Below are positions 19,452-28,787 of a stretch of 64,000 nt of DNA, piece by piece. Source of the DNA: a virus; the IMG/VR virus record IMGVR_UViG_3300045988_107309; one strand, given 5' to 3'. A model generated the notes under the pieces. It saw only the letters and a program-made list of their open reading frames with translations. It searched no databases and was not told the DNA's origin. A program made the position numbers and the translations under genes. The first letter of the stretch is position 1; each line of letters opens with the position of its first letter.

Positions 19452-19595
19452 ATGATTGCAATGCTTTGGGCACAGAGAATTATGAATGGCAAGAAGACTT
19501 ATGATGAAGTTCCAAGACTGTTAAAAGAGCAGGTTAAGGAAATTCTGATTGAGAGTGGTGTAGAGTTTCTGATTACAGAAACACCTGCACAGTAA
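19452..19595 (+). CDS. small XkdX/CD1375-like protein, copy 1
   Basis: 47 aa from ATG 19452 (AAAGGAGGGAG ribosome-binding site): MIAMLWAQRIMNGKKTYDEVPRLLKEQVKE. It is a paralogue of the next small ORF, close to the holin and lysin genes. Confidence 0.5.
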   Translation: MIAMLWAQRIMNGKKTYDEVPRLLKEQVKEILIESGVEFLITETPAQ

Positions 19596-19625
19596 CACCA
19601 CAACAGCATAAGGAGGTAAATACCT

Positions 19626-19763
19626 ATGAAGACTATTTCAATCCTTTGGGCTGATAAGATTATCGCAGGAGACAGGACTTATGCTCAAGTTCCTGCACAG
19701 CTCAAAGATGAAGTAAAACAGGCTTTGACAGAGAAAGGTCATGCCAAACTTGCTAAAGCCTAA
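19626..19763 (+). CDS. small XkdX/CD1375-like protein, copy 2 (not in the ORF track)
   Basis: 45 aa with a TAAGGAGG ribosome-binding site: MKTISILWADKIIAGDRTYAQVPAQLKDEVKQALTEKG. It shares the LWA..I..G..TY..VP..LK..VK pattern with copy 1. Confidence 0.5.
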   Translation: MKTISILWADKIIAGDRTYAQVPAQLKDEVKQALTEKGHAKLAKA

Positions 19764-19769
19764 GTGCAT

Positions 19770-19807
19770 AAAGACCTTTGAATTTTAATAATTCAGAGGT
19801 CTTTTTG
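19770..19807 (+). terminator. rho-independent terminator
   Basis: aaagacctttgaa / ttcagaggtcttt form a 13-bp stem (one G-U pair), followed by TTTTT. Confidence 0.7.
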
Positions 19808-19870
19808 TGTAGACATAGCTTTCTTAATGTGGTATTATTTAATAAGCAACTTAAAGAGAGGAGAACTGTG

Positions 19871-20473
19871 ATGGATAAATCTTTGTTAGATTTACTTTCA
19901 GAAGTAACTGGTGTTCAGTTACTCATGGCTATTCTCTTGATAATTGCTCTTATTGTTCTGGCTCTAACACAAAAGCAGAAAATATCGAAGTATTTAAACA
20001 AGTGGAGAAAGACTAAAAACGAAGAAGAAGACTTTCATGCTCTGGTTTATGAATTGAAAAACTCTATGATAGAGTTGGGGAAGAAGATTGAGGAAAATCG
20101 TACTGAAAGAGAAAATGAGAGAACTCACGACAGAGAGGACTCAAGAAAAATTCGTAAAGAAATGTATGAGGTAATGAACAGACAGTCACAACAGATTGAA
20201 AAACAGTCTGGACAGATTGAGGAATTAAAGAACATTACCCTCGAAATTCAAAAGAAAAATTCAGAAACAAAAAGGGCAGAAATCAAAGAGAAGATTGAGC
20301 GTATTTACAGGGAGTGCCACCCGGCTATGTGTTGTACAGATATGCAGTTTGAGACATTAAAAGACCTCATAGAACAGTATGAGAAACATGATGGGGATAA
20401 CTCTTTTGTACATAGCACTGTACAGAAAGAAATGTACTCATGGCAGATTATCAAAGAAATAAAGAGTCTTTAA
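19871..20473 (+). CDS. membrane-anchored coiled-coil protein (possible lysis accessory)
   Basis: ATG 19871 follows GAGAGGAG and lies downstream of the terminator. It has an N-terminal transmembrane segment (LLMAILLIIALIVLAL) followed by a charged coiled coil. Confidence 0.5.
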   Translation: MDKSLLDLLSEVTGVQLLMAILLIIALIVLALTQKQKISKYLNKWRKTKNEEEDFHALVYELKNSMIELGKKIEENRTERENERTHDREDSRKIRKEMYEVMNRQSQQIEKQSGQIEELKNITLEIQKKNSETKRAEIKEKIERIYRECHPAMCCTDMQFETLKDLIEQYEKHDGDNSFVHSTVQKEMYSWQIIKEIKSL

Positions 20474-20507
20474 GACCTTTATAAATTAAGAAAAGGAGGT
20501 AACTATC

Positions 20508-20867
20508 ATGGCAAATGTAATGGAAATGATTATTCAGTATTCTTCGGTGATTTTAGCAATTATCGCAGGTATCTGTATTCTTGTTTCTGTCATCACCGAA
20601 TTTACTAAGGAGATTGGTTTCTTGAATAAGATTCCGACTACCTTACAGGTACTCTTCCTGTCCTTAGTAATTTGCATTGTGGGATTCTTCGCTTATATCT
20701 CTTATGCGAACATCACTTTTGTCTGGTACTATTTAGTGGCTGTTATTTTTGCAAGTTTCATTGTAGCCATTATCTGTGCTAAAGGGTGGGATTATTTTAT
20801 GGACATTGTGAAGAGATATTATAGAAAAGAACTGCCGGGAGATACAGAAGAGAAACCGACTGAATAA
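20508..20867 (+). CDS. holin
   Basis: 119 aa with 3-4 hydrophobic helices and a charged C-terminus, immediately upstream of the endolysin gene. Confidence 0.7.
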   Translation: MANVMEMIIQYSSVILAIIAGICILVSVITEFTKEIGFLNKIPTTLQVLFLSLVICIVGFFAYISYANITFVWYYLVAVIFASFIVAIICAKGWDYFMDIVKRYYRKELPGDTEEKPTE

Positions 20868-20883
20868 TAAATACAGACACATG

Positions 20884-20910
20884 AGGGCAGACTTAACGGT
20901 TTGCCCTTTT
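20884..20910 (+). terminator. weak hairpin plus T-run between holin and endolysin
   Basis: AGGGCA/TGCCCT form a 6-bp stem with a 12-nt loop, followed by TTTT. Confidence 0.35.
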
Positions 20911-20938
20911 GTAAATACAAATAAAGGAGGATAACACA

Positions 20939-22378
20939 TTGACAAAACAGGAATTTATTCAACAAATTGCAAAGTATGTCAAAAAGTATGCTAACTCTTA
21001 TGGAATCAAGGTACACAGTCCTATTATTGCACAGGCAATCTTAGAAAGTGGTTGGGGTGAGAGTAGACTTGCTTCTCAATACCATAACTACTTTGGTTTA
21101 AAGTGTGGTACTAAGTGGACTGGAAAGAGTGTGAACATGACTACTCAAGAAGAGTATGAACCGGGAACACTTACCACAATCAAAGACAATTTCCGTGTGT
21201 ATGATAACATGGAAGAGGGTGTTAAAGGTTACTTTGAGTTCATTCAGTTAGCGAGATACCAGAATCTTAAAGGTATCACTGACCCGAAAAAGTATCTTGA
21301 GACAATCAAGGCTGATGGGTATGCAACAAGTAGTTCCTATGTAACTAACACTTACAAATTGGTGGAACAGTATAACTTAACTCAGTATGACACAGAAGGA
21401 GGAAGTAGTGTTATGGGTAAGACAGCACAAGACATTTTGAACGTAATGAGAAGTTGGCTTGGATTTAGTGAGTCCAATGGTAAATTCAAACAGATTATTG
21501 ACCTGTACAACAGTGTGAAACCTTTGCCGAGAGGTTATGCTGTAAAGTACACAGACGAGTGGTGTGACACTTGTGTTTCAGCCGCAGGAATTAAAGCAGG
21601 GTGTTCTGATTTAATTAGTAGAGAGTGTGGTTGTGAACAGCACGTTAAAATCTTCAAAGAAAAGGGAATCTGGATTGAAGATGGTACAATTACACCTAAA
21701 CCGGGTGATGTTATTCTTTACAACTGGGATGACGCAACTCAGCCTAATGATGGTTATTCAGACCACATTGGTTATGTAGAAGCTGTTTCTGGCAATACTA
21801 TTACTGTCATTGAGGGTAACAAGAATGAAGCAGTAGCAAGACGTTCCATTCCTGTAGGTTGGGGTTATATCAGAGGTTATGCAAGACCTAAGTATGCGTC
21901 TGGTGGTTCTTCTGTTACTCCTACACCTCCGAAAAAGACTATTGATGAAATCGCTCAAGATGTTATCAAGGGTGTTTATGGTAATGGTGACGCTCGTAGA
22001 AATGCTTTAAAAGCACTTGGTTATGACCCAGACGAGGTACAAATCAGAGTTAATGAGATTCTCAAAGGTAACTCTTCTAAACCGTCAATGAGTATTGTAG
22101 AAGTAGCTAAAAAAGTTATTGCCGGAGAATACGGTAATGGTTCTGAACGCAGAAAGAAACTTGCTTCTGAGGGATATGACCCTGATGAAGTACAGGCAGA
22201 AGTAAACAGACAGTTAGAGAACAAAGGTACTTCTGTTCAGTATTACACTGTACAGCCGGGAGATAATCTCACTGTGATTGCTAAAAAGTATGGCACTACA
22301 GTTAATAAACTTGTTAGCTTGAATGGTATTGCTAATAAGAACCTTATCTATGTAGGTCAGAAACTCAGAGTTAAATAA
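20939..22378 (+). CDS. modular endolysin: glucosaminidase (GH73) + CHAP + 2x CW_7 + LysM
   Basis: TTG start after AAAGGAGG. Motifs: [23 protein letters not shown] (GH73), EWCDTCV...DHIGYVE (CHAP), two [24 protein letters not shown] repeats (CW_7), and [18 protein letters not shown] (LysM). Confidence 0.9.
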   Translation: MTKQEFIQQIAKYVKKYANSYGIKVHSPIIAQAILESGWGESRLASQYHNYFGLKCGTKWTGKSVNMTTQEEYEPGTLTTIKDNFRVYDNMEEGVKGYFEFIQLARYQNLKGITDPKKYLETIKADGYATSSSYVTNTYKLVEQYNLTQYDTEGGSSVMGKTAQDILNVMRSWLGFSESNGKFKQIIDLYNSVKPLPRGYAVKYTDEWCDTCVSAAGIKAGCSDLISRECGCEQHVKIFKEKGIWIEDGTITPKPGDVILYNWDDATQPNDGYSDHIGYVEAVSGNTITVIEGNKNEAVARRSIPVGWGYIRGYARPKYASGGSSVTPTPPKKTIDEIAQDVIKGVYGNGDARRNALKALGYDPDEVQIRVNEILKGNSSKPSMSIVEVAKKVIAGEYGNGSERRKKLASEGYDPDEVQAEVNRQLENKGTSVQYYTVQPGDNLTVIAKKYGTTVNKLVSLNGIANKNLIYVGQKLRVK

Positions 22379-22486
22379 GGAGCGTGGCTCTGCATTACCT
22401 CTGTAATAATAGTTATTTAATATATTATATAATTAAATAGTTATTTATATTAAAGACGTTATGGACTGTGGAAGTCTGTAGCGTCT

Positions 22487-22515
22487 TTGTCTTTTAGACT
22501 GAATTATGATATAAT
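22487..22515 (+). promoter_or_regulatory. sigma70-like promoter at the late-to-replication module junction
   Basis: TTGTCT, a 17-nt spacer, then TATAAT with an upstream TG (tgaTATAAT). Confidence 0.5.
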
Positions 22516-22549
22516 ATGCACAGTGTTTAAAGAAAGTGAGGTGCAAGTA

Positions 22550-23008
22550 GTGATATGTGATATGGACTGTCTTCACTGTAAATTTAGTGATTGTGTTAAT
22601 GACAGTGATTTCATAACGGATAGTGAAAGAAGAATTTTAAGAGTGGTTGAAAACTCTATTAAAAGAGAAAGACAGCCACACCCAGACATGACAAGGTATA
22701 TTCATAATCGAATTGATAAGGAAGAGTATGAGAAAGCCAGAAATAGAGAATATGAACAGAAGAGGTCATATAAGAACAGTCCTAAAAGACGGAGACAAAA
22801 GAAAGAACAGTATCATAGACATAGAGAGGAGAAATTAGCTTATCAGAAAGGTTACTATGAAAGAAACAGAGAAGAGGTTATTGCCAGACAGAAAGCCTAT
22901 TATGAAGCTAACAAAGAAGAGATAAACAGGAAGAGACGAGAAAAGAGAAAGGAGCGTAAGAGAATTGAAAGTTTACAAGTCATGCAGACAGGTGTTAATG
23001 AATCTTAG
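22550..23008 (+). CDS. Cys-rich N-terminus plus highly basic repeat protein
   Basis: GTG 22550 is 6 nt after GTGAGGTG, and the track start 22487 lies inside the promoter. The protein has CDMDCLHCKFSDC followed by repeated YY(E)xN(R/K)EE motifs. Confidence 0.5.
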   Translation: MICDMDCLHCKFSDCVNDSDFITDSERRILRVVENSIKRERQPHPDMTRYIHNRIDKEEYEKARNREYEQKRSYKNSPKRRRQKKEQYHRHREEKLAYQKGYYERNREEVIARQKAYYEANKEEINRKRREKRKERKRIESLQVMQTGVNES

Positions 23009-24521
23009 TGAAGACCAGATAAGGAAATTAAAAGAAGCACTCACTTTTAACAATCCGGCTTATCAGTCTGCTAAAAGATATTCAAGGAGCAAGTATATTT
23101 CTATTCCACCTTATCTTGAGTACTTTAATGAGGGAGTACATAGAGATAGAGAGGGGAAGAAGAGATACCTTTCTGTTCCTGTAGGAGTCAATTTAGAGAA
23201 GTTACTGGGTGTGTCTATAAAAGACATAGCAGATAATAGAGTGGTACAGAATGTGGAGTACCCACCTTTTGTTTTTACACTTAGGGAAGACCAAGAGAGT
23301 GCTAAGTCAGCATATATTGACAGTCAGAAAAAGGAGCAGTTTTCAAAGAGTCTTATTCAGTTACCTACAGGTAAAGGTAAGACTATTCTTGCTTTAAATA
23401 TTGCTTGCACACTTAAACAGAGGACTCTTGTGTTAGTACATAAAGATGACCTTGTTACTGGGTGGCAGAATGATATTGAAGACTGTTTTGGAGGTAAGTT
23501 AGAGCCGGGTCTTATTAAAGCAAAGAAGAGAAACGTGGGTAAGCAGATAACTATTGCTACAGTACAGACATTAAGTAGAATGAGTGAGGAAGAGTTGAGT
23601 TCCTATTTAGATAAGTTTGGCTTAGTCATTCAAGACGAGTGCCACCATGTAGGACTCAACATTTTTAATGTCATAGATAAATTCCAGAGCAGATATAAAT
23701 TAGGACTCACTGCTACACCAGTCAGAGGTGATGGTCTTGATTTTGTGTTTGACCTGTTCTTTGGAGGTATTGTGTTTAAGAGTGAGTACACAGCAGAGGA
23801 CACAGATATTCTTCCGGTTGAAGTTAAAGTGAAAGAATCAAAGGCAGTGTATGAACCTTTTCTATATGAGAATCAAGTCTTTAATAAGAGAGACTTTACT
23901 GAGGAAGAGTTGCCGGATAAATTAGTCTTATTGAGAGATTTATCTTATGAGGATAGACCCAGAGTTCCCTTTCTGGTGATTGATGATGTTTTAGTGAGCA
24001 ATAAGAAACACATGATAGGTGTGTGCAAGGATATTATTAGTGAGTATCGAAAAGGTCATAGTTGTATTGCTTTTTTCACCCAGAAAGAACACATTGTTTC
24101 TTATTATAGATATTTGAAACTCTTTGTGCCGGAAGATACTATTCTTCTGTATTATGGTGATAATAAAGAAAAGTCAGATGTTATGATAGAGAAAGCGGAG
24201 TCAAGAAAGTGTTTAATCACACTTGCTACTTATGCGAAAGCTACAGAAGGTACTAATGTAAAATCGTGGGAGTGTGGTTTTCTTGTGTCATCAGTAAATA
24301 GTGAGAAGAATGTAGAACAGGCAGTAGGTAGAATCAGAAGACGAAAAGAGGGCAAAATAAATCCTGCATTACTGTATGACTATAGATTTTCAGATAGTTA
24401 TTCTATATCAGCACATGGAAAGACCAGAGATAAAGTGTATAGAAAGTTGAAATTTAATATCACTGGTAAGAGTAAGTCTAATAAGAAAAGCGGAGGTCTA
24501 TTTAGTCGTGGATATAGATAA
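22998..24521 (+). CDS. SF2 DNA helicase (DEAD/DEAH, type III restriction res-subunit-like)
   Basis: Motifs LPTGKGKT, DECHH, GLTATPVR and a C-terminal QAVGRIRR. The first ATG is at 22998; the track ORF starts at 22965. Confidence 0.85.
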   Translation: MNLSEDQIRKLKEALTFNNPAYQSAKRYSRSKYISIPPYLEYFNEGVHRDREGKKRYLSVPVGVNLEKLLGVSIKDIADNRVVQNVEYPPFVFTLREDQESAKSAYIDSQKKEQFSKSLIQLPTGKGKTILALNIACTLKQRTLVLVHKDDLVTGWQNDIEDCFGGKLEPGLIKAKKRNVGKQITIATVQTLSRMSEEELSSYLDKFGLVIQDECHHVGLNIFNVIDKFQSRYKLGLTATPVRGDGLDFVFDLFFGGIVFKSEYTAEDTDILPVEVKVKESKAVYEPFLYENQVFNKRDFTEEELPDKLVLLRDLSYEDRPRVPFLVIDDVLVSNKKHMIGVCKDIISEYRKGHSCIAFFTQKEHIVSYYRYLKLFVPEDTILLYYGDNKEKSDVMIEKAESRKCLITLATYAKATEGTNVKSWECGFLVSSVNSEKNVEQAVGRIRRRKEGKINPALLYDYRFSDSYSISAHGKTRDKVYRKLKFNITGKSKSNKKSGGLFSRGYR

Positions 24522-24528
24522 GTTTCTG

Positions 24529-24557
24529 TTGACAACTTTCTCATAAAATGATAGACT
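24529..24557 (+). promoter_or_regulatory. sigma70-like promoter
   Basis: TTGACA, a 17-nt spacer, then TAGACT with an extended -10 TG. Confidence 0.5.
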
Positions 24558-24588
24558 TTTACCAAGTAAAACTAAAGGAGGAATAATC

Positions 24589-25080
24589 ATGGCACTTAAA
24601 GTAGTCAAGGGTAAAAAGCAGAAATATACTGCTAAAGAAGTGGTTCAAATGTCACAAGAGTATTCAGAGGTGTCTTCCCAGATTAAATTACTGGAAACCA
24701 CAAAAAAGACACTTGCTGACAGACTGAAAGAAGCGTCTGAACTGATTGGAGTAAAAGACTCTAAGGGAAGTTATTATTATGACGCAGGAGACTTCATGGT
24801 AGGAAAAGTCGCTAAGAAGTCTGTATCTTTAAAGCAGGAGGACACTATTAAACTCTTAAAAGAGAAAGGTCTCTATAAGAAGTGTGTTGAAGTGCAGAAA
24901 GTTGAGGTTATCAATGAGAAAGCACTTGAAGACGCAGTTAAAGACGGAACTATCTCACAGGAAGAGTTTGAGTCTCTTTGTAATGTTAAGGTTACTTATT
25001 CTGTTTCTGTACAGAAAGTTGAAGAAATGCCGGAGGTTGATACCTCTCATGCTTTAAAAGCGGCTTCAAGAAAGAAGTAG
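24589..25080 (+). CDS. hypothetical protein
   Basis: 163-aa ORF with a strong ribosome-binding site and an N-terminal MALK motif. Confidence 0.5.
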   Translation: MALKVVKGKKQKYTAKEVVQMSQEYSEVSSQIKLLETTKKTLADRLKEASELIGVKDSKGSYYYDAGDFMVGKVAKKSVSLKQEDTIKLLKEKGLYKKCVEVQKVEVINEKALEDAVKDGTISQEEFESLCNVKVTYSVSVQKVEEMPEVDTSHALKAASRKK

Positions 25081-25092
25081 GAGGTAGTCTGA

Positions 25093-25437
25093 ATGAGTTT
25101 AGAGTTATCTCCGTGGGATAGAACAGTTCCTTATACAAATAAAAAGACTGGCTATTCTACCACACTGTACAATATCAATGTAGTTGCTTCTCATTTAGGG
25201 AGAACTTCACAGACTGTAAGAAAGTGGGAGATAGCCGGAACAATTCCTAAGACACCTTTTTCTATTCAAGGAAGAAGATTGTATTGTACAGAACAGATTG
25301 AGATACTTGTGGAGTGTGCTGAGAAAGCTAAAATCTCTACAGGTAAGAAAATCTCTCAAACCAATTTCACACGCAACGTACAGTTGCGTTGGAATAAACT
25401 TTTTACAGAAATATTTGGTAATGAACAGGAGGAATAA
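25093..25437 (+). CDS. putative helix-turn-helix (MerR/excisionase-like) DNA-binding protein
   Basis: VVASHLGRTSQTVRKWEIAGTIP looks like a helix-turn-helix. Confidence 0.45.
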   Translation: MSLELSPWDRTVPYTNKKTGYSTTLYNINVVASHLGRTSQTVRKWEIAGTIPKTPFSIQGRRLYCTEQIEILVECAEKAKISTGKKISQTNFTRNVQLRWNKLFTEIFGNEQEE

Positions 25438-25439
25438 TC

Positions 25440-25781
25440 ATGGCACTTAGAAAGAAAGTGAAAGACGAGACGAAGATTGAGCAGACAGAACAGGCTGTAG
25501 AAGAGACAAAAGCTGTTGCGGAAGAGAAGAACGTGACAAAAGCAGAGAGTGAAGCTATTATTGCACAGCAGGAGAAAGACAAAGAAGCAGGAGCGTCCAC
25601 TAAGAAGTTGGAGAAAGTCACAGCACTTGTGTCCGGCAAGTTTAATCTTGATGATAACTATGCAGTGACGAACTTTAAAGATGGAGGAAAGACCATTGAC
25701 CTCACTTTAGAGAATAAGGACTTTGTTTTGTCTGTTAAAGTGAAAGATTCTGCCAGACACGGTTTAGTGTTTGAAGAGTAG
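25440..25781 (+). CDS. hypothetical protein
   Basis: 113-aa ORF with a ribosome-binding site. Confidence 0.5.
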   Translation: MALRKKVKDETKIEQTEQAVEETKAVAEEKNVTKAESEAIIAQQEKDKEAGASTKKLEKVTALVSGKFNLDDNYAVTNFKDGGKTIDLTLENKDFVLSVKVKDSARHGLVFEE

Positions 25782-25803
25782 TCTGTAGAAAGGAGCATTT
25801 ATT

Positions 25804-26118
25804 ATGGCATTAAAGAAGAAATCATTGAAACAGCAGGTGGAAGAGAACACTACAGTAACAAAGGGAACAAAGAGTAATCAGCAGACACTTAAACAGGGTA
25901 CGCCAAACGACCATCATAGAAAGCAGGAGTCACCTGCTCAGACTGTGGGAGTCAATCTGGGTATCACTAAGAACATGGATAACTATGAGTCTTTAAGAGT
26001 TGACTGTTGGGGAACAGATACAGTACAGCCGGGAGAAACAATGGAACAGGCTTATGAGCGTCTTATTGGAGTCGTTGACAGTGTACTTCAAGATACTGTA
26101 CAATCTTATATAGAGTAA
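25804..26118 (+). CDS. hypothetical protein
   Basis: 104-aa ORF with a ribosome-binding site. Confidence 0.5.
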   Translation: MALKKKSLKQQVEENTTVTKGTKSNQQTLKQGTPNDHHRKQESPAQTVGVNLGITKNMDNYESLRVDCWGTDTVQPGETMEQAYERLIGVVDSVLQDTVQSYIE

Positions 26119-26123
26119 CAACT

Positions 26124-26153
26124 AAGAAGACCTTGAAACACAGGTCTTCTTTT
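26124..26153 (+). terminator. rho-independent terminator
   Basis: aagaagacct / aggtcttctt form a 10-bp stem with an 8-nt loop, followed by TT. Confidence 0.7.
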
Positions 26154-26173
26154 AAATAGGAGGTTTATCACAC

Positions 26174-26716
26174 ATGAAACGTATTACAACTAAAGTAGGA
26201 GACAATGACCTTGTTTCAATTATGAGACAGAGAAGAGGTCAGTCCACAGTCAGAACAAAGAGGGAGTCTGAGACACCTCCAAAAAAAAAGAGCCAGAATA
26301 GAGGTGGAATGTATGAACAGTTTCTTGAGAAATACGCAAATCTGGATAAATACATTGACACCTTTAAGACAAGAGATTTAGTGTACTATTTTAGAAAGGT
26401 AGCAGAAGACGCAGGATATAAGTATGTCATTAGTAACATTCAGAAAGATATGCACATTTTTAAGGTTCTCTTACAGAGTTATGATGTAAGGGAAATTTGT
26501 GGCATGATTGAATTTCTGTATAACAGTGAACAGGACTATCTTGAGAAAGAGAGAATCAGCCCGAATATTTTAGCAAGCAGATGGGTGAATACTGTGTATG
26601 CAGATTTTAAGCTGTGGGTTGATGATGAATATGTTCCTAAGTCTAAAAGAAAATACCAGAAGAAAGAGTGGACTGGTTCTGTTGAAGAGAGCAGTACAAA
26701 GATTGGAGAGTGGTAA
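26174..26716 (+). CDS. hypothetical protein (possible replication organiser, by position)
   Basis: 180 aa, directly upstream of and overlapping the DnaC-like loader gene. Confidence 0.45.
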   Translation: MKRITTKVGDNDLVSIMRQRRGQSTVRTKRESETPPKKKSQNRGGMYEQFLEKYANLDKYIDTFKTRDLVYYFRKVAEDAGYKYVISNIQKDMHIFKVLLQSYDVREICGMIEFLYNSEQDYLEKERISPNILASRWVNTVYADFKLWVDDEYVPKSKRKYQKKEWTGSVEESSTKIGEW

Positions 26717-26718
26717 GT

Positions 26719-27330
26719 ATGAGAAGACCTATCAGACCTGTAGTTTCAGAGTCAAGCCTTATCCTTATGGGAGTGCCAAAGCACTTCTGTAAGGTTACAC
26801 TTGATGATTTTAAAGTGTATGAGGGTGTAAGAGAAGTGAAAGTGTTTGTGCAGGACTACATAAATAGACTGTATGAGAATATTGAAGAGAATAGAGGTAT
26901 TTTCTTTTGTGGTTCTAATGGTGTGGGTAAGAGTATGTTGTCCTGTATCATTCTGAAAGAAGCCTATAGGAGAAGATATTCCTGCCGGAGAGTAACTTTT
27001 AGTCAGTATATCAATTACTACACAGAAGCGTGGAATGTAAGAGATAAGAATGAAAAGGACGCTTTAGAGACTGACTTCTATGAACAGTACAAAGGTGTTG
27101 AGTTTCTTGTACTTGAAGAGATTGGAAAAGAGATTGACAGTAAGATTGCAAAGCCTATACTGGAAGACCTCTTGAGATATAGAGAAGAACATGGTCTTGT
27201 CACTATTATTTGTAGTAACATACCTATGAAGGTGGTTGAAGAGACTTACGGACCATCTGTAGCCAGTCTTTGTAAAGGACACATGACACCTGTAACGATT
27301 GTGGGGAAAGATATGAGGTATTCCAAATGA
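26719..27330 (+). CDS. DnaC/IstB-like AAA+ helicase loader
   Basis: Walker A GSNGVGKS and Walker B LVLEEIG. Confidence 0.7.
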   Translation: MRRPIRPVVSESSLILMGVPKHFCKVTLDDFKVYEGVREVKVFVQDYINRLYENIEENRGIFFCGSNGVGKSMLSCIILKEAYRRRYSCRRVTFSQYINYYTEAWNVRDKNEKDALETDFYEQYKGVEFLVLEEIGKEIDSKIAKPILEDLLRYREEHGLVTIICSNIPMKVVEETYGPSVASLCKGHMTPVTIVGKDMRYSK

Positions 27331-27581
27331 TGAATGAGTTTCAGAATGATACAGTTATAAAAGTGAGTAAAGCAACTGCCCGGAAGTTATTTAGAGAGGG
27401 TAAGAAAGTGTATGTGTTGCCTTGCAAAGTTCGGTATGATAATCAGTGGATAAAGCCTTTCTTGTTGCAGAAAACAAATACTTTTGATAGAATTGTTTCA
27501 GAATATGAATACCATAATTGCAACGCAGAGTTAGGTTATTACTGTTCTTATTATGTAGAAAAGATGGAGGTAGAAAAATGA
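27327..27581 (+). CDS. hypothetical protein
   Basis: 84-aa ORF with overlapping start and stop codons. Confidence 0.45.
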   Translation: MMNEFQNDTVIKVSKATARKLFREGKKVYVLPCKVRYDNQWIKPFLLQKTNTFDRIVSEYEYHNCNAELGYYCSYYVEKMEVEK

Positions 27582-27961
27582 AAAATGTAACAATCAATGG
27601 AAAGAAGTATGAAAGAGACGGTGAGACTCCTGTTAAGTTGAACAATGGTTCATTAGTAGTTCACTATAACAAAATGGGTGATGTGTTAGGAGCATATATT
27701 GTCACCTCTTTCAGAGATTCAAAGGGCAATTACAGTGGACAGCAGACAACCACTTACTGTTCTTTAATCAATCTTGATAATGGTTATATTGCTTTTGAAG
27801 AGAGGGCAAGTAGAAGTACCACAGTCAAGAGAGTTCTTAGTCATTTGAATAAGGGTGATTACTATGGACAGCAATCAGTAAAAGAAGGTCAGTACATTGA
27901 AGTGTATGCTCCGGGTGATTTTAAGATTGACCTGTCTTTTGACAGAAAGGTGGGTAACTAA
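27578..27961 (+). CDS. hypothetical protein
   Basis: The ATG at 27578 follows a GGAGG site. Confidence 0.45.
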   Translation: MKNVTINGKKYERDGETPVKLNNGSLVVHYNKMGDVLGAYIVTSFRDSKGNYSGQQTTTYCSLINLDNGYIAFEERASRSTTVKRVLSHLNKGDYYGQQSVKEGQYIEVYAPGDFKIDLSFDRKVGN

Positions 27962-27962
27962 T

Positions 27963-28325
27963 ATGGCATTAAAGAGAACTGTAACAAAAAGACCACCTGT
28001 TGAGAAAACAGGCAGAATTGAGGAGATTAAAAATCTTATCTCTTCCATTGACAAGCAGGTTACAAGTCTGTTAGTAGAAAAGGAAGAGTTGCAGAAAGAA
28101 CTTCTTGAGATTAGCATTAAGCCTTTTAAAATTGGTGATTATTGCATGGCAGAGGTTAATGCCGGAAAGACTAAGAAAGTACAGAAGTGCTTGCTTGAGA
28201 ATGAGGGAGGTACTCTTTATCTTAGACCTGTTAAGAATGACGGAGAGTTATCTGGAAGACATTTCAGTTTAGTTCTTGTCAGTGGAAAAACATATAGTGA
28301 TTATCTTAAACCTGTGGAGGAGTAG
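27963..28325 (+). CDS. hypothetical protein
   Basis: Starts at ATG 27963 (MALKRT...). Confidence 0.45.
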   Translation: MALKRTVTKRPPVEKTGRIEEIKNLISSIDKQVTSLLVEKEELQKELLEISIKPFKIGDYCMAEVNAGKTKKVQKCLLENEGGTLYLRPVKNDGELSGRHFSLVLVSGKTYSDYLKPVEE

Positions 28326-28328
28326 AAA

Positions 28329-28787
28329 ATGTTACACGGTGATATATCCAATAAAAGAAGTTTTATAATTGGTGTTCGCTGTGAAGACTGTCTCCTCAAG
28401 TTTAAGAATAAAGGTGTGAAAGACAAGTTCCTAAACTTATGGAAAGGCAAATCCCACAATGCCGAAGTAGATAAGCAGGTCTTGTCTCTCATTCGTTATA
28501 TCTATGAGAACACAGATTACACAGTGAGCCTTATTGTGGACAAAGAGAATTACACGGAGGAAATGAAAGACGCTTTAGAGTCTATGCAAGTTCCTTTTAA
28601 CCAAGTAGGTCTTGTACTCACTAATATCTCAGAGGTAACTATGATGTTAAATACAGGAGAGTTGTCTTTGTATGTTGACTCATGCTATAATAGACGAGCA
28701 TTAGTAAACAGTCAGTATGCGGTAGATGTGGACACCTTCAATACCATGCTGAGAAGAAAGGTGAGACATTATGAAGTTAAAAAATAG
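28329..28787 (+). CDS. hypothetical protein
   Basis: 152-aa ORF with a ribosome-binding site. Confidence 0.45.
   Translation: MLHGDISNKRSFIIGVRCEDCLLKFKNKGVKDKFLNLWKGKSHNAEVDKQVLSLIRYIYENTDYTVSLIVDKENYTEEMKDALESMQVPFNQVGLVLTNISEVTMMLNTGELSLYVDSCYNRRALVNSQYAVDVDTFNTMLRRKVRHYEVKK

Noticed and set aside
22408-22448. The AT-rich direct repeat AATAGTTATTTA x2 after the endolysin gene as an attachment or packaging site
   Set aside because: There are only two short copies in a very AT-rich spacer, and no integrase or terminase context in the window. It is more simply the spacer between the late operon's terminator-like hairpin and the next promoter.
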